Assembly: GCA_002269645.1 (NCBI GenBank)
Contig: NIVC01001726.1
Location: 62,001-126,000 of the forward strand
Direction: 5' to 3'
Source of the DNA: Macrostomum lignano
Taxonomy: Eukaryota
Length of the DNA: 64,000 bases
Of the stretch, positions 42,401 to 53,697 are shown piece after piece. Position numbers and translations under genes: made by a program. Within the stretch, counting starts at the first letter, position 1. The number at the start of each line of letters is the position of its first letter. The notes under the pieces are model-generated. The model saw only the letters and a list, made by a program, of their open reading frames with translations. It had not been told where the DNA came from and searched no databases.

Positions 42401-44136
42401 ATCAGGCAGCTCAGCATGAGCATCTCGGAGGCGGGCACCAGCACGTGGCTGCAGAGGCCGTATCCGGCAGCGGCGCACAGGCAGGCAACAAGGCAGCCGA
42501 CGCTGTTACCCGACAGGGCCGCCTGATGCCGACGCCGGCCGAGTCGGCGAACGGCTGTCGACCTCTCCTCGGCGCTGGCGTCCTTCAGTAGCCGCTTGAC
42601 GGCCCGCCGTAGCGGCTTGCCCCGCCGTCTGTCGGTGACGAGCGCGTGCAGCACCCGGAAGCTGCAGGTGAGCATGCAGGCCAGGCCGCAGTAGAACAGG
42701 ACCAGCCAGCCCAGCTGCTGAAGGAATTCGACATTTAACCAGCGGAATATGAGCAGCAGCATCAGAGTGACGACCTCGTGAATCGGCAGCAGGCTCATGA
42801 TCCAGTAGCCGCCTTGCCTGGCGGCCACCTCCAGCGCCTGGTCGATGAAGGTGCTGGGAAAGTCGATCAGCTTGCGCAGCACGCTGCCAGACTGGGCCGC
42901 CGCCGCAGCCGCCGGTTGACGAAGGCCGGCAGTGTCGGCAAGCAGGAACTCGCTGCTGGTGTAGCTGGAGGCCTCGCGCAGAGATTCGATAACCCGTTCC
43001 CGGCTGATCTCCTTGGGGATTTGGAAATTTAGGTGTGGGTTCGATTTATTCGACTTCTGTAGGAGTCAACATGATGGGATTCCCTTTGAGCAAGTTGGGA
43101 TTCCCTCTGAGCAAGTTGGGATTCCTTCTGAGCAAGTTGGGATTCCCTCTAAGCAAGCCGGGATTCCTTCTGAGCAAGTTGGGATTCCCTCTAAGCAAGC
43201 CGGGATTCCCTTTAAGCAAGTCGGGTTTCCTCTGAGCAAGTTGGGATTTCCTCTGAGCAAGTTGGGATTCCCTTTAAGCAAGCCGGGATTCCCTCTAAGC
43301 AAGTCGGGATTCCCTCTAAGCAAGCCGGGATTCCCTTTAAGCAAGTCGGGTTTCCTCTGAGCAAGTTGGGATTTCCTCTGAGCAAGTTGGGATTCCCTTT
43401 AAGCAAGCCGGGATTCCCTCTAAGCAAGTCGGGATTCCCTTTAAGCAAGCAGGGATTCCCTTTAAGCAAGTCGGGTTTCCTCTGAGCAAGTTGGGATTTC
43501 CTCTGAGCAAGTTGGGATTCCCTTTAAGCAAGCCGGGATTCCCTTTAAGCAAGTCGGGTTTCCTCTGAGCAAGTTGGGATTCCCTTTAAGCAAGCCGGGA
43601 TTCCCTTTAAGCAAGTTGGGATTTCCTCTAAGCAAGTCCGGATTCCCTCTAAGCAAGTCCAGATTCCCTCTGAGCAAGATGGGATTTAGACTAAGATGGG
43701 ATTTTCTTCGACAGGGGTGAGATTGCGATGAGAGTTGGATTCCCTGTCCCCTCTGAAGGATGATATCTACCTGTTCCGTGGGATGCGCGGCCAGCAATCC
43801 GTGCAAGGAATTAACCAATTCATCGAAAGAATTCGACGTAAACAAACGATCGATAGCGTCATCAGAGGCGCTTCGATCGGCGCCTCCGCTAGCGGCGGCG
43901 ACATCGTCGAAAGATTGCGCTGGATAAGATAGGCGACGGGCCGCGGCGGCCGTTGGATCGCAGTGACTGTCGGCTGTTGAATGCTGTCGGCCTGTCTTCG
44001 GCCTCGGCTGCTGAGCACCATCGATTAAAGGCGGCGTTCGAGACGGAGAGTCGGGAGTGGCGGCGGCGGTGGCGTTTCCGCTTGGCATCGAGTGAACCGA
44101 GGCGGTTCGTTTCAAATTTACGACGGGATCAGACAT
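38534..44136 (-). CDS. WFS1: Wolframin ER membrane glycoprotein (~814 aa); exons 43771-44136, 42356-43011, 39507-40200, 38534-39262
   Basis: [18 protein letters not shown]..., VPASEM, multiple TMs, and a lumenal domain LTYEQFSQ|VC...VCAHLEG.RV.WQG...DN....LP......CTYG..Y...CH...Y...Y.ITV...L.A...L..G..V.F...L...C.NC, matching the wolframin Cys-rich/OB region. Intron phases 0,2,0 are consistent. Confidence 0.93.
39308..39497. repeat. (GACA)n microsatellite filling most of the 244-nt WFS1 intron 3
   Basis: Visible tetranucleotide repeat between donor 39506 and acceptor 39263. Confidence 0.95.
40315..41575. repeat. 20-bp minisatellite (CTGAGTAGCCCCAGTCCCAT), ~62 copies, WFS1 intron 2
   Basis: 20-nt period. 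Exact reverse complement of the 53698-55270 unit. Confidence 0.96.
42002..42302. repeat. 28-29 bp minisatellite (GGCCCAGCAACTGGGGATCTGGGAAGGCT), ~10 copies, WFS1 intron 2
   Basis: Same family as 60560-60935. Confidence 0.92.
43075..43690. repeat. 21-bp minisatellite (CTCTGAGCAAGTTGGGATTCC), ~29 copies, WFS1 intron 1
   Basis: 21-nt period with a block duplicated in tandem. Confidence 0.94.
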
Positions 44137-44750
44137 ATTGACAGCTTGTGATTTGCCGTGTTTAATTGATTTGGAATGTCTATTTTATTCAGCTCTTTCT
44201 TGCGCTGTCAAAGCCTGCAATAAATCAAATTATTGTTTTAACCGTTGATACGCTTTAAGATTTAAAGAATGCTTAAAAATTCTGATTACACTTTTAGAAA
44301 GCGTTTGAACGTTCGAACATAAAAAATCTCTTTTAAATAGCCTTTGTTTAGTCAAGTAGTGCCAAGTATTTCTTAGCAGGTGCCCGTGCACTTAAAAATG
44401 CCATGCAAAAGCTTTGAAGAAGATGATTTCAGCAATTTAATTTGCCGCGAAAGTATTGACACAATCCATAACCTTGTTCATAACAAAGGAACGAAAGATC
44501 TCCAGCCTGGAAACACCGCCAAGTTCAATCTCTTACGAGGGTGCGTCAGTTAAGTAAAAAATCAAGGCAGGTAAAACAGCAAGCAAATGAATGCCACTAC
44601 AGAGTAGATTGATGCATAGATTGCTAATGCATTCATTCTTTATTTCTTTGCATTTTAGGGCGCTCATATTTAAGCCGAAAAGTATACATCCGAATTATCA
44701 ACAGGATAAAAGAGTTCCAAGTTCGGATTGACATCACAATTCCAAAACAT

Positions 44751-45056
44751 TTAGCCGAATCGGTATCTCCAATCTAACAGGTTGTACCTTCTAGTATTCG
44801 GCACGCGAGGCAGCGGCTTCAGGTAGGACAGCTGAGACGAGACCAGAAACGAGCGCGGCGACGATTGTCTGAAATAGCCGTTGCGACGCGCCAGATGGCC
44901 GTCCTGCATGCGGCGCCACAGACTGGCCCAATTCTCCACCTTGTTGGCGTAGTTCAAAGTCGCCTTCTCCTCATTAGACTGTTGAGCAACGGCATTGCAG
45001 TCGGCCTTGCAAACGATAAGAACAACGAATAGCAGAAATACGTCTAGACAGCGCAT
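44751..45056 (-). CDS. Candidate neuropeptide precursor (101 aa) ending ...RR-YNLLDWRYRF-G*; RFamide/NPY-like
   Basis: Hydrophobic signal peptide (LDVFLLFVVLIVCKADC), three RR dibasic sites and a terminal Gly amide donor immediately before the stop. Confidence 0.55.
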   Translation of the reverse strand: MRCLDVFLLFVVLIVCKADCNAVAQQSNEEKATLNYANKVENWASLWRRMQDGHLARRNGYFRQSSPRSFLVSSQLSYLKPLPRVPNTRRYNLLDWRYRFG

Positions 45057-45759
45057 TGTTCTTAATTACGAACAAGGTAACAAGTGACAGGCGACTTCAA
45101 ATGAAGCCTGATTCGGACCGACTATTCAAGCTCGAAGGCCACTCATTTATAACCGAATCTTTCTGCTCTCAGTTGTTTTGTCGAATAGCAAAATCCAGCC
45201 AGTAAGAATACCGGATGAAGCTAGGGATGCTGACCATTTGACTGGCAAATGATTTGCGCCAATTAGGAGACCATCATTAGGAGACCAGTTGCCGGAACGC
45301 GTCCAATCACCCTTGCAGCTGCTTTCAGTGCGACATCAGGAAGAAAAGTATCATTTTTACATAACAGTTAAACGACTCGGATATTCTCAATGGCTTGGGT
45401 TATATCAATGCCAAATTTGCTTGTTTGATTGGTGTCTTTTTTACAGCAAGTTCCATACCACCCATAGGCATATGACAACAGAAATATCATGCCCTTTTAA
45501 CGGATTGAAGCAAGGCAAACGCGCAAAAACCTAAGAGTGTTTTTGGTCAATTTTTATATGCAAATTGAATGCAAATCAACTCAGGCAAATTACTTGTTTC
45601 AAAGACTCGCATGGACTGCCATGAATTTCTCATTCATTCGCATCATGTAAAATTTTTGGGAATCTTTCAAAACTATTCTTGCTTTGATCTTGATTTGGTA
45701 AATTTTATGACCTAATGGAACGTTAGTCCATGTCCCACAGTTTAAAAAAGCGCTCGTGC

Positions 45760-46628
45760 CTAGCTGGATAAAATCTAGCTAGAAAACATCCAGCTGGAAA
45801 ATATTTAGCTGGAAAACATCTAGCTGGAATGCATCTAGATGCAAGAAACATCTAGCTGAAAAATTTATAGTTGGGAAGCATCTAGGTGACAAACATCTAG
45901 CTGGAAAATAACTAGTTGGGAAACATCTATGCGGAAAATATCTAGTTGGGAAACATCTAGCTGGAAAATATCTAGTTGGGAAACATCTATGCGGAAAATA
46001 TCTAGTTGGGAAACATCTATGCGGAAAATATCTAGTTGGGAAACATCTATGCGGAAAATATCTAGTTGGGAAACATCTATGTGGAAAATATCTATAGTTG
46101 GGAAACATCTAGCTGGAAAATATCTAGTTGGGAAACATCTAGCTGGAAAATATCTAGTTGGGAAACATCTATGCGGAAAATATCTAGTTGGGAAACATCT
46201 AGCTGGAAAATATCTATTTGGGAAACATCTATGCGGAAAATATCTAGTTGGGAAACATTTATGCGGAAAATATCTATAGTTGGGAAACATCTATGTGGAA
46301 AATAACTAGTTGGGAAACATCTATGCGGAAAATAACTAGTTGGGAAACATCTATGCGGAAAATATCTAGTTGGGAAACATCTATGCGGAAAATATCTAGC
46401 TGGGAAACATCTATGCGGAAAATATCTAGCTGGCTAACATCTTGATAAAAACATCTAGCTGGAAAATATCTAGTTGGGAAACATCTATGCGGAAAATATC
46501 TAGTTGGGAAACATCTATGCGGAAAATATCTAGCTGGGAAACATCTATGCGGAAAATATCTAGCTGGCTAACATCTCGATAAAAACATCTAGCTGGAAAA
46601 TATCTAGTTGGAAAAAATCTAGCTGGAA
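45760..46628. repeat. 29-32 bp minisatellite (GAAAATATCTAGTTGGGAAACATCTATGCG), ~29 copies
   Basis: ~30-nt period with a/b variants. Confidence 0.93.
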
Positions 46629-47304
46629 CGAGTCAAGACGAAAAGATATTTCAATTGTAAATATAAAAATGCATTTTAGCAGAAATATTCGTGCCTATTA
46701 AAGCATCGTTACCAAATACAAGTTCAGGCTTTCGCGCAGGAAAGCATCGCCACATGGACTTTACTTGTAGATGCAGTATAAACAAACTGTTATTGAGTCC
46801 AGAATATTTTGCGACGATAAACCAAATTAAAAATATTTTTGTGGTGCAAAGGACGAATTTTCTGACGCAGTTTGGGAAGAAAGTTGAGTAGCCGACTTAA
46901 GCTGAATTTTCCCACTGGCCAGGCAACCCCGGTCCCGTGAGACTCCAGGTGGAAAAAAAAGCTTTGAATATTTAAAAAAGAAAAATTTACTTGCTAGGCT
47001 TTAAAAGTAACTAGCGACGGCTTTGAAGAAGAAGCAGAAGAACATCAAGGCCGCGATTGAGCAATTCAACACTCGAAATCTTTTAACAGCTTAACGGCTT
47101 AATTTTCCATCTTTCTTGGATTGCTAAATCCGCCGCATCAACCTGAAGCGGCTGGGTAGAGGCAAAAAAATTCTGTTTAAAATTGAAATGACAGCCAAAA
47201 GGAAGAAATTTCTATCAGATACTTGCTGTTTCTACTAGTCATAGATAGGCCAAAGACATTTAAAACATGATCTTTCAAGAAACCTATCTATGAAAAATGT
47301 GTTG

Positions 47305-47850
47305 ATATGTCTGTCTGCCTGTGTGTCTGTCTGCCTGTGTGTCTGTCTGTCTGCCTGTGTCTGTCTGTCTGCCTGTGTGTCTGTCTGTCTGCCTGTCTGC
47401 CTGTGTGTCTGCCTGTCTGCCTGTGTGTCTGCCTGTGTGTCTGCCTGCCTGCCTGCCTGTGTGTCTGTCTGTCTGCCTGTGTCTGTCTGTCTGTCTGTGT
47501 GTCTGTCTGCCTGTGTGTCTGTCTGCCTGTGTGTCTGTCTGTCTGTCTGCCTGTGTGTCTGTCTGTCTGTCTGCCTGTGTCTGTCTGCCTGCCTGCCTGC
47601 CTGTGTGTCTGTCTGTCTGCCTGTGTCTGTCTGTCTGTCTGTGTGTCTGTCTGCCTGTGTGTCTGTCTGCCTGTGTGTCTGTCTGTCTGTCTGCCTGTGT
47701 GTCTGTCTGTCTGTCTGCCTGTGTCTGTCTGCCTGCCTGCCTGCCTGCCTGTGTGTCTGTCTGTCTGCCTGTCTGCCTGTGTCTGTCTGCCTGCCTGCCT
47801 GCCTGTCTGTCTGTCTGCTTGTGTGTCTGTCTGTCTGCTTGTGTGTGTAC
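47305..47850. repeat. Compound (CTGT/CTGC/GT) microsatellite with internal block duplication
   Basis: Visible. Generates only RQTD/CLSV nonsense ORFs. Confidence 0.95.
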
Positions 47851-48104
47851 ACCTCTGCACATCTGCCTATTCAATAATTCATCATTTAATCAAATCCATC
47901 CATCTACAGTATAGACTAATCTATTCATCCTTCCTGTATCTACCCATACCATATGCATACTAATCAAGTTATCAAAAAAATTCTACTACTAGTTTAGAAA
48001 CCTGGCGTTTAACTGAGATATTGAAAGTTTCAATAAAGAAATAATATGATTAGAAAAATATAATACGCTATCGACTTAGTAAGTCGAAATGAGAGGCTCT
48101 AAAT

Positions 48105-49733
48105 CAGGGGGTCAGCAAACTCCGGAACGCGGGCCACATGCGGCTAGCAAAGCCTTTCTTTCCGCCCTCGGGTCCTTTGAAACTTAATATAATAGCAATC
48201 CGGCCCGCTCAAGGTTTGCCTCTTCTGAGTTCCTTTTCTTTTCTTTTCCCATCTCTCCTCTCCTCTTATCTTCTCTCCTCTTCTCTCACCATGGCTCTGA
48301 TCTCGCTTCTCACCTTTATCTCTTCTCTCATCTCTATTACCTTTTCCTCTCTCATCTGGCCCGCAGTTAATGATCTAAAGACCCTATCTGGCCCGCAGTT
48401 AATGATCTAAAGACCCTATCTGGTCCGCAGTTAATGATCTAAAGACCCTATCTGGCCCGCAGTTAATGATCTAAAGACCCTATCTGGTCCGCAGTTAATG
48501 ATCTAAAGACCCTATCTGGCCCGCAGTTAATGATCTAAAGACCCTATCTGGTCCGCAGTTAATGATCTAAAGACTCTATCTGGCCCGCAGTTAATGATCT
48601 GAAGACTCTATCTGGCCCGCAGTTAATGATCTAAAGACCCTATCTGGCCCGCAGTTAATGATCTAAAGACCCTATCTGGTCCGCAGTTAATGATCTAAAG
48701 ACCCTATCTGGCCCGCAGTTAATGATCTAAAGACCCTATCTGGCCCGCAGTTAATGATCTAAAGACCCTATCTGGTCCGCAGTTAATGATCTAAAGACTC
48801 TATCTGGCCCGCAGTTAATGATCTAAAGACCCTATCTGGTCCGCAGTTAATGATCTAAAGACTCTATCTGGCCCGCAGTTAATGATCTGAAGACTCTATC
48901 TGGCCCGCAGTTAATGATCTAAAGACCCTATCTGGCCCGCAGTTAATGATCTAAAGACCCTATCTGGCCCGCAGTTAATGATCTAAAGACCCTATCTGGC
49001 CCGCAGTTAATGATCTAAAGACCCTATCTGGCCCGCAGTTAATGATCTAAAGACCCTATCTGGCCCGCAGTTAATGATCTAAAGACTCTATCTGGCTCGC
49101 AGTTAATGATCTAAAGACCCTATCTGGCCCGCAGTTAATGATCTAAAGACCCTATCTGGCCCGCAGTTAATGATCTAAAGACCCTATCTGGCCCGCAGTT
49201 AATGATCTAAAGACTCTATCTGGCTCGCAGTTAATGATCTAAAGACCCTATCTGGCCCGCAGTTAATGATCTAAAGACCCTATCTGGCCCGCAGTTAATG
49301 ATCTAAAGACCCTATCTGGCCCGCAGTTAATGATCTAAAGACCCTATCTGGCCCGCAGTTAATGATCTAAAGACCCTATCTGGCCCGCAGTTAATGATCT
49401 AAAGACCCTATCTGGCCCGCAGTTAATGATCTAAAGACCCTATCTGGCCCGCAGTTAATGATCTAAAGACCCTATCTGGCCCGCAGTTAATGATCTAAAG
49501 ACTCTATCTGGCCCGCAGTTAATGATCTAAAGACTCTATCTGGCCCGCAGTTAATGATCTAAAGACCCTATCTGGCCCGCAGTTAATGATCTAAAGACTC
49601 TATCTGGCTCGCAGTTAATGATCTAAAGACCCTATCTGGCCCGCAGTTAATGATCTAAAGACTCTATCTGGCCCGCAGTTAATGATCTAAAGACTCTATC
49701 TGGCCCTTGAGGTAAAAATTTTGCCGACCCCTG
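48105..49733. mobile_element. hAT (Charlie/Buster-type) MITE, 1629 bp, carrying a ~42-copy internal 32-bp array (TATCTGGCCCGCAGTTAATGATCTAAAGACCC, ~48355-49705)
   Basis: TIRs CAGGGGGTCAGCAAA / revcomp CAGGGGTCGGCAAA. Perfect 8-bp TSD CTCTAAAT at 48097-48104 and 49734-49741. 5' body shares GGGCCACATGCG, GCCCTCGGGTCC..TGAAACTT and AATAGCAATCCGGC.CGCTCA with 34029-34302. Confidence 0.92.
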
Positions 49734-50199
49734 CTCTAAATTGAGGATTCGAACCCACGCAGACATGTAAAAGCAAACCATCTTTCTATTATAAACACAG
49801 TATAAAAAGTGGGGAAAGGAGAAGAGGTGTTAAATATGTTGAATTATATTATGTATGAAAATAATTTTATTTAATTTGCAGTTTTCAAGAGAGACAAAAA
49901 TGCACACACAATATTAGAATACTGTACACAGTTGAGACGACAAGCTGCATAAACAAATTTTACTTTTTACACAAACTCAAGCAAACTCATTCTTAGAGAC
50001 AGAGAATCGTATATCCTTCGTCGAGCCCAACTCTCATACCTATCAGATTAGTGTCAGCCTGTTTACTTCATCTCCTATTAATAACCAATTAATCCAGTCA
50101 GCTGAAGTAGGAGACTTACTAAGCCTAACAACATGTTTTTGAACGTCACATGCCCGTTGCAAACTTGTAGCTCATCAGCTGTGGGGAGACAAACATCTT

Positions 50200-51300
50200 T
50201 AATGGGGATCTTAGTGACTCGATAATGGGGATCTCAGTGACCCGATAATGGGGATATCAGTGACCCGATAATGGGAATCTCAGTGACCCGATAATGGGAA
50301 TCTCAGTGACCCGATAATGGAGATCTCAGTGACCCGATAATAGAGATCTCAGTGACCCTATAATGGGGATATCAGTGACCCGATAATGGGAATCTCAGTG
50401 ACCCTATAATGGGAATCTCAGTGACCCGATAATAGAGATCTCAGTGACCCGATAATGGGGATATCAGTGACCCGATAATAGAGATCTCAGTGACCCGATA
50501 ATAGAGATCTCAGTGACCCAATAATGGGGATCTCAGTAACCCGATAATAGAGATCTCAGTGACCCGATAATGGGGATCTCAGTGACCCGATAATGGGGAT
50601 CTCAGTGACCCGATAATGGGGATCTCAGTGACCCGATAATGGAGATCTCAGTGACCCGATAATAGAGATCTCAGTGACCCGATAATGGGAATCTAAGTGA
50701 CCCGATAATGGGGATCTCAGTGACCCGATAATAGAGATCTCAGTGACCCGATAATGGGGATCTCAGTGACCCGATAATGGGAATCTCAGTGACCCGATAA
50801 TGGGGATCTCAGTGACCCGATAATGGGAATCTCAGTGACCCGATAATGGGGATCTCAGTGACCCGATAATGGGAATCTAAGTGACCCGATAATGGGGATC
50901 TCAGTGACCCGATAATAGAGATCTCAGTGACCCGATAATGGGGACCTCAGTGACCCGATAATGGGGATCTCAGTGACCCGATAATGGGGATCTCAGTGAC
51001 CCGATAATGGGAATCTCAGTGACCCGATAATGGGGATCTCAGTGACCCGATAATGGGAATCTAAGTGACCCGATAATGGGGATCTCAGTGACCCGATAAT
51101 GGGGATCTCAGTGACCCGATAATGGGGACCTCAGTGACCCGATAATGGGGATCTCAGTGACCCGATAATGGGGATCTCAGTGACCCGATAATGGGGATCT
51201 CAGTGACCCGATAATGGGAAGCTCAGTGACCCGATAATGGGGAGCTCAGTGACCCGATAATAGAGATCTCAGGGACCCGATAATGGAGATCTCAGTGAGA
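50200..51300. repeat. 23-bp minisatellite (GTGACCCGATAATGGGGATCTCA), ~47 copies
   Basis: 23-nt period. Lies just 3' of the CCDC97 stop. Confidence 0.96.
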
Positions 51301-51425
51301 TCTTAGCGGCCCTACAATAGGATAGATTCAGTATTACAGAATGAGGACCCTAACTGACAATAGTGGGATCTGCAAAAGTTTGCATGGCAACGAGAAGTGA
51401 GCAGCTAGTGGACTTAAGGATTCGG

Positions 51426-52975
51426 CTAGCTGGGCTCCTCAGAATCGAAGTAGCGATCCTCCTCGTCCCGATCAAACTCGCCGGACAAATCCAAGCCGTC
51501 GTCCCGGTCGACCTGGCCGTAGTCAAAGTACTCAACGTCCTTTCCGGCCAAGAAGCGACGCTGCATCAACGCCAAGAACTCCGAACGAAGCAGCTGACGC
51601 TTGCGATCCGGCAGGAATCTGCCGCCGATGCCGCCGGCCTCATCATCACCATCATCCTCCTCCTCCTCCTCCTTCTCCTCGTTGTTTGATGAGTTGTCAG
51701 AATCCGCTGCGGCCGCGGCTTCGTATCTGCGGTAGGTAATTGGAATGGGGATTTCTATTCATTCAGAATGGGGATTTCTATTCATTCAGAATGGGGATTT
51801 CTATTCATTCAGAATGGGGATTTCTATTCATTCAGAATGGGGATTTCTATTCATTCAGAATGGGGATTTCTATTCATTCAGAATGGGGATTTCTATTCAT
51901 TCAGAATGGGGATTTCTATTCATTCAGAATGGGGATTTCTATTCATTCAGAATGGGGATTTCTATTCATTCAGAATGGGGATTTCTATTCATTCAGAATG
52001 GGGATTTCTATTCATTCAGAATGGAGATTCCTGTTTATTCAGAATGGGGATTTCTATTCAGTCAGAATGGGGATTTCTATTCATTCAGAATGGGGATTTC
52101 TATTCATTCAGAATGGGGATTTCTATTCATTCAGAATGGGGATTTCTATTCATTCAGAATGGAGATTCCTGTTTATTCAGAATGGGGATTTCTATTCAGT
52201 CAGAATGGGGATTTCTATTCATTCAGAATGGGGATTTCTATTCATAAGAATGGGGATTTCGATTCATTCAGAATGGGGATTTCTATCCTCTATTTTTATG
52301 CTTTGGAAAAGGTTGAGACTGGCATCAGGTTAAGGTATCTCAAACTCTAACAGCAGTAATCAACCCTAAATTATGAGAACTCAGCAACCCGAACCTGGAA
52401 TTCTCCTCCAGCCGGACGCAGTGCTGAGTAAGGAAATGCGACATCACGCTCTCTCCGTCGCCTCCGGCAGCAGCAGCGGCGGCGGCGGCCGCTGAACTCT
52501 GCCGATGGACGTCCTCGCGGGTCAAGTACCGGCCGATGTACTTGTGATACAGGTAGGGCTCTCGGTTGCGCATGCTCTCGTCCGAGAAATACTCGCCCTC
52601 CGTTGCTAGGCGCTGCATCGCTTGGAATCGCCGATTGCGCAGGCGCTGCGTACGGCCTTTTGGCCGGCTGGAGCGGCAGCGGCGCCGCCATTCCGCCTCT
52701 GCATCCGGGTTTACATCCGGGTTCAAATCCGGGTTCAAATCCGGGTTTAAATCCGGGTTTACATCCGTGTTTACACCCGGGTTTAAATCCGGGTTCAAAT
52801 CCGGGTCCATATCCGTGTTTACATCCGGGTTTAAATCCGGGTTAAAATCCGGGTCCATATCCGGGTTTACATCCGGGTTCATATCCGAATTTACATCCGG
52901 GTTTGCATCCGGGTTCAGTTCCGCTTCAATACCAGCGGAAGCTGAGTCGCAGGCAAAAGTTTTCTCAATTTCCAT
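51426..52975 (-). CDS. CCDC97: Coiled-coil domain-containing 97 (DUF2052); exons 52395-52975, 51426-51726
   Basis: LRNRRF..M..L..EGEYFSDESMRNREPYLYHKYIGRYLT and EF...MQRRFL.GKD...FDY..VD......DEEDRYFD match CCDC97 motifs. Phase-2 GT-AG intron. Confidence 0.92.
51741..52285. repeat. 23-bp minisatellite (GAATGGGGATTTCTATTCATTCA), ~23 copies, CCDC97 intron
   Basis: 23-nt period. Confidence 0.96.
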
Positions 52976-53697
52976 CGGACACTACACATCGGATGCTTCA
53001 ATTATAATTCAGTAATCATTCGACGCATAAATTCCAATTAACAAACTTTTATATTCTTACTCTTAAATAATCTTCAATGCAATTAAGGGGAAAATAACTA
53101 CTAATATGAATAAGTCTTCTATTAGTAATATTATTAGAGGAAACTAAAAAACACAGATCAATAAGTTAAAGATTACACACAAGCATTGACAACACATTTA
53201 TTAATGAACAGTGTAAACATATTACTAATTATATTACATATTGTAAGCACAGACTGCTATGTACAAGTATTAAATAGGTAGTACATGAATAAAAATGATA
53301 CATACTTTAAATACGCACTCAATTAGCATTTTCCGGCAAAAGCGAAAGAAACGATTTATTGAAAGCGAATAAAGCTACAATAAATATTGGATTATTCCTA
53401 TCAGAACTATATTAATTTAAAAAGGGGCAACGTAGGACTTACTGGTTTAGGTAGTATTGACTGACCGATAACACTAAATATTAACTAATTAATTATTTCA
53501 AACACTTAAAGGTTATTCTCAATTCAGAGCCTAACAAATCATATTATTAAACGGTATTATAAATACCCGATAGTAAAGTTGCTCGTGTAATCACCAGGGA
53601 TGCAGTAAATCCGAGAAATTATACTCGTACTTTAAGCTAATGAACACAAAGAAACAAGAAGCAATTTCAGTGACACTACCAGGTACCAAAAGGTGAG

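Noticed and set aside
47235-47963. Many 190-220 aa ORFs (RQTD/CLSV), likewise at 11874-12834, 36491-37539, 40345-41573, 45779-46445, 51740-52350, 54523-55334 and 62051-62760
   Set aside because: Open in several frames because simple repeats lack stops; not protein-like.
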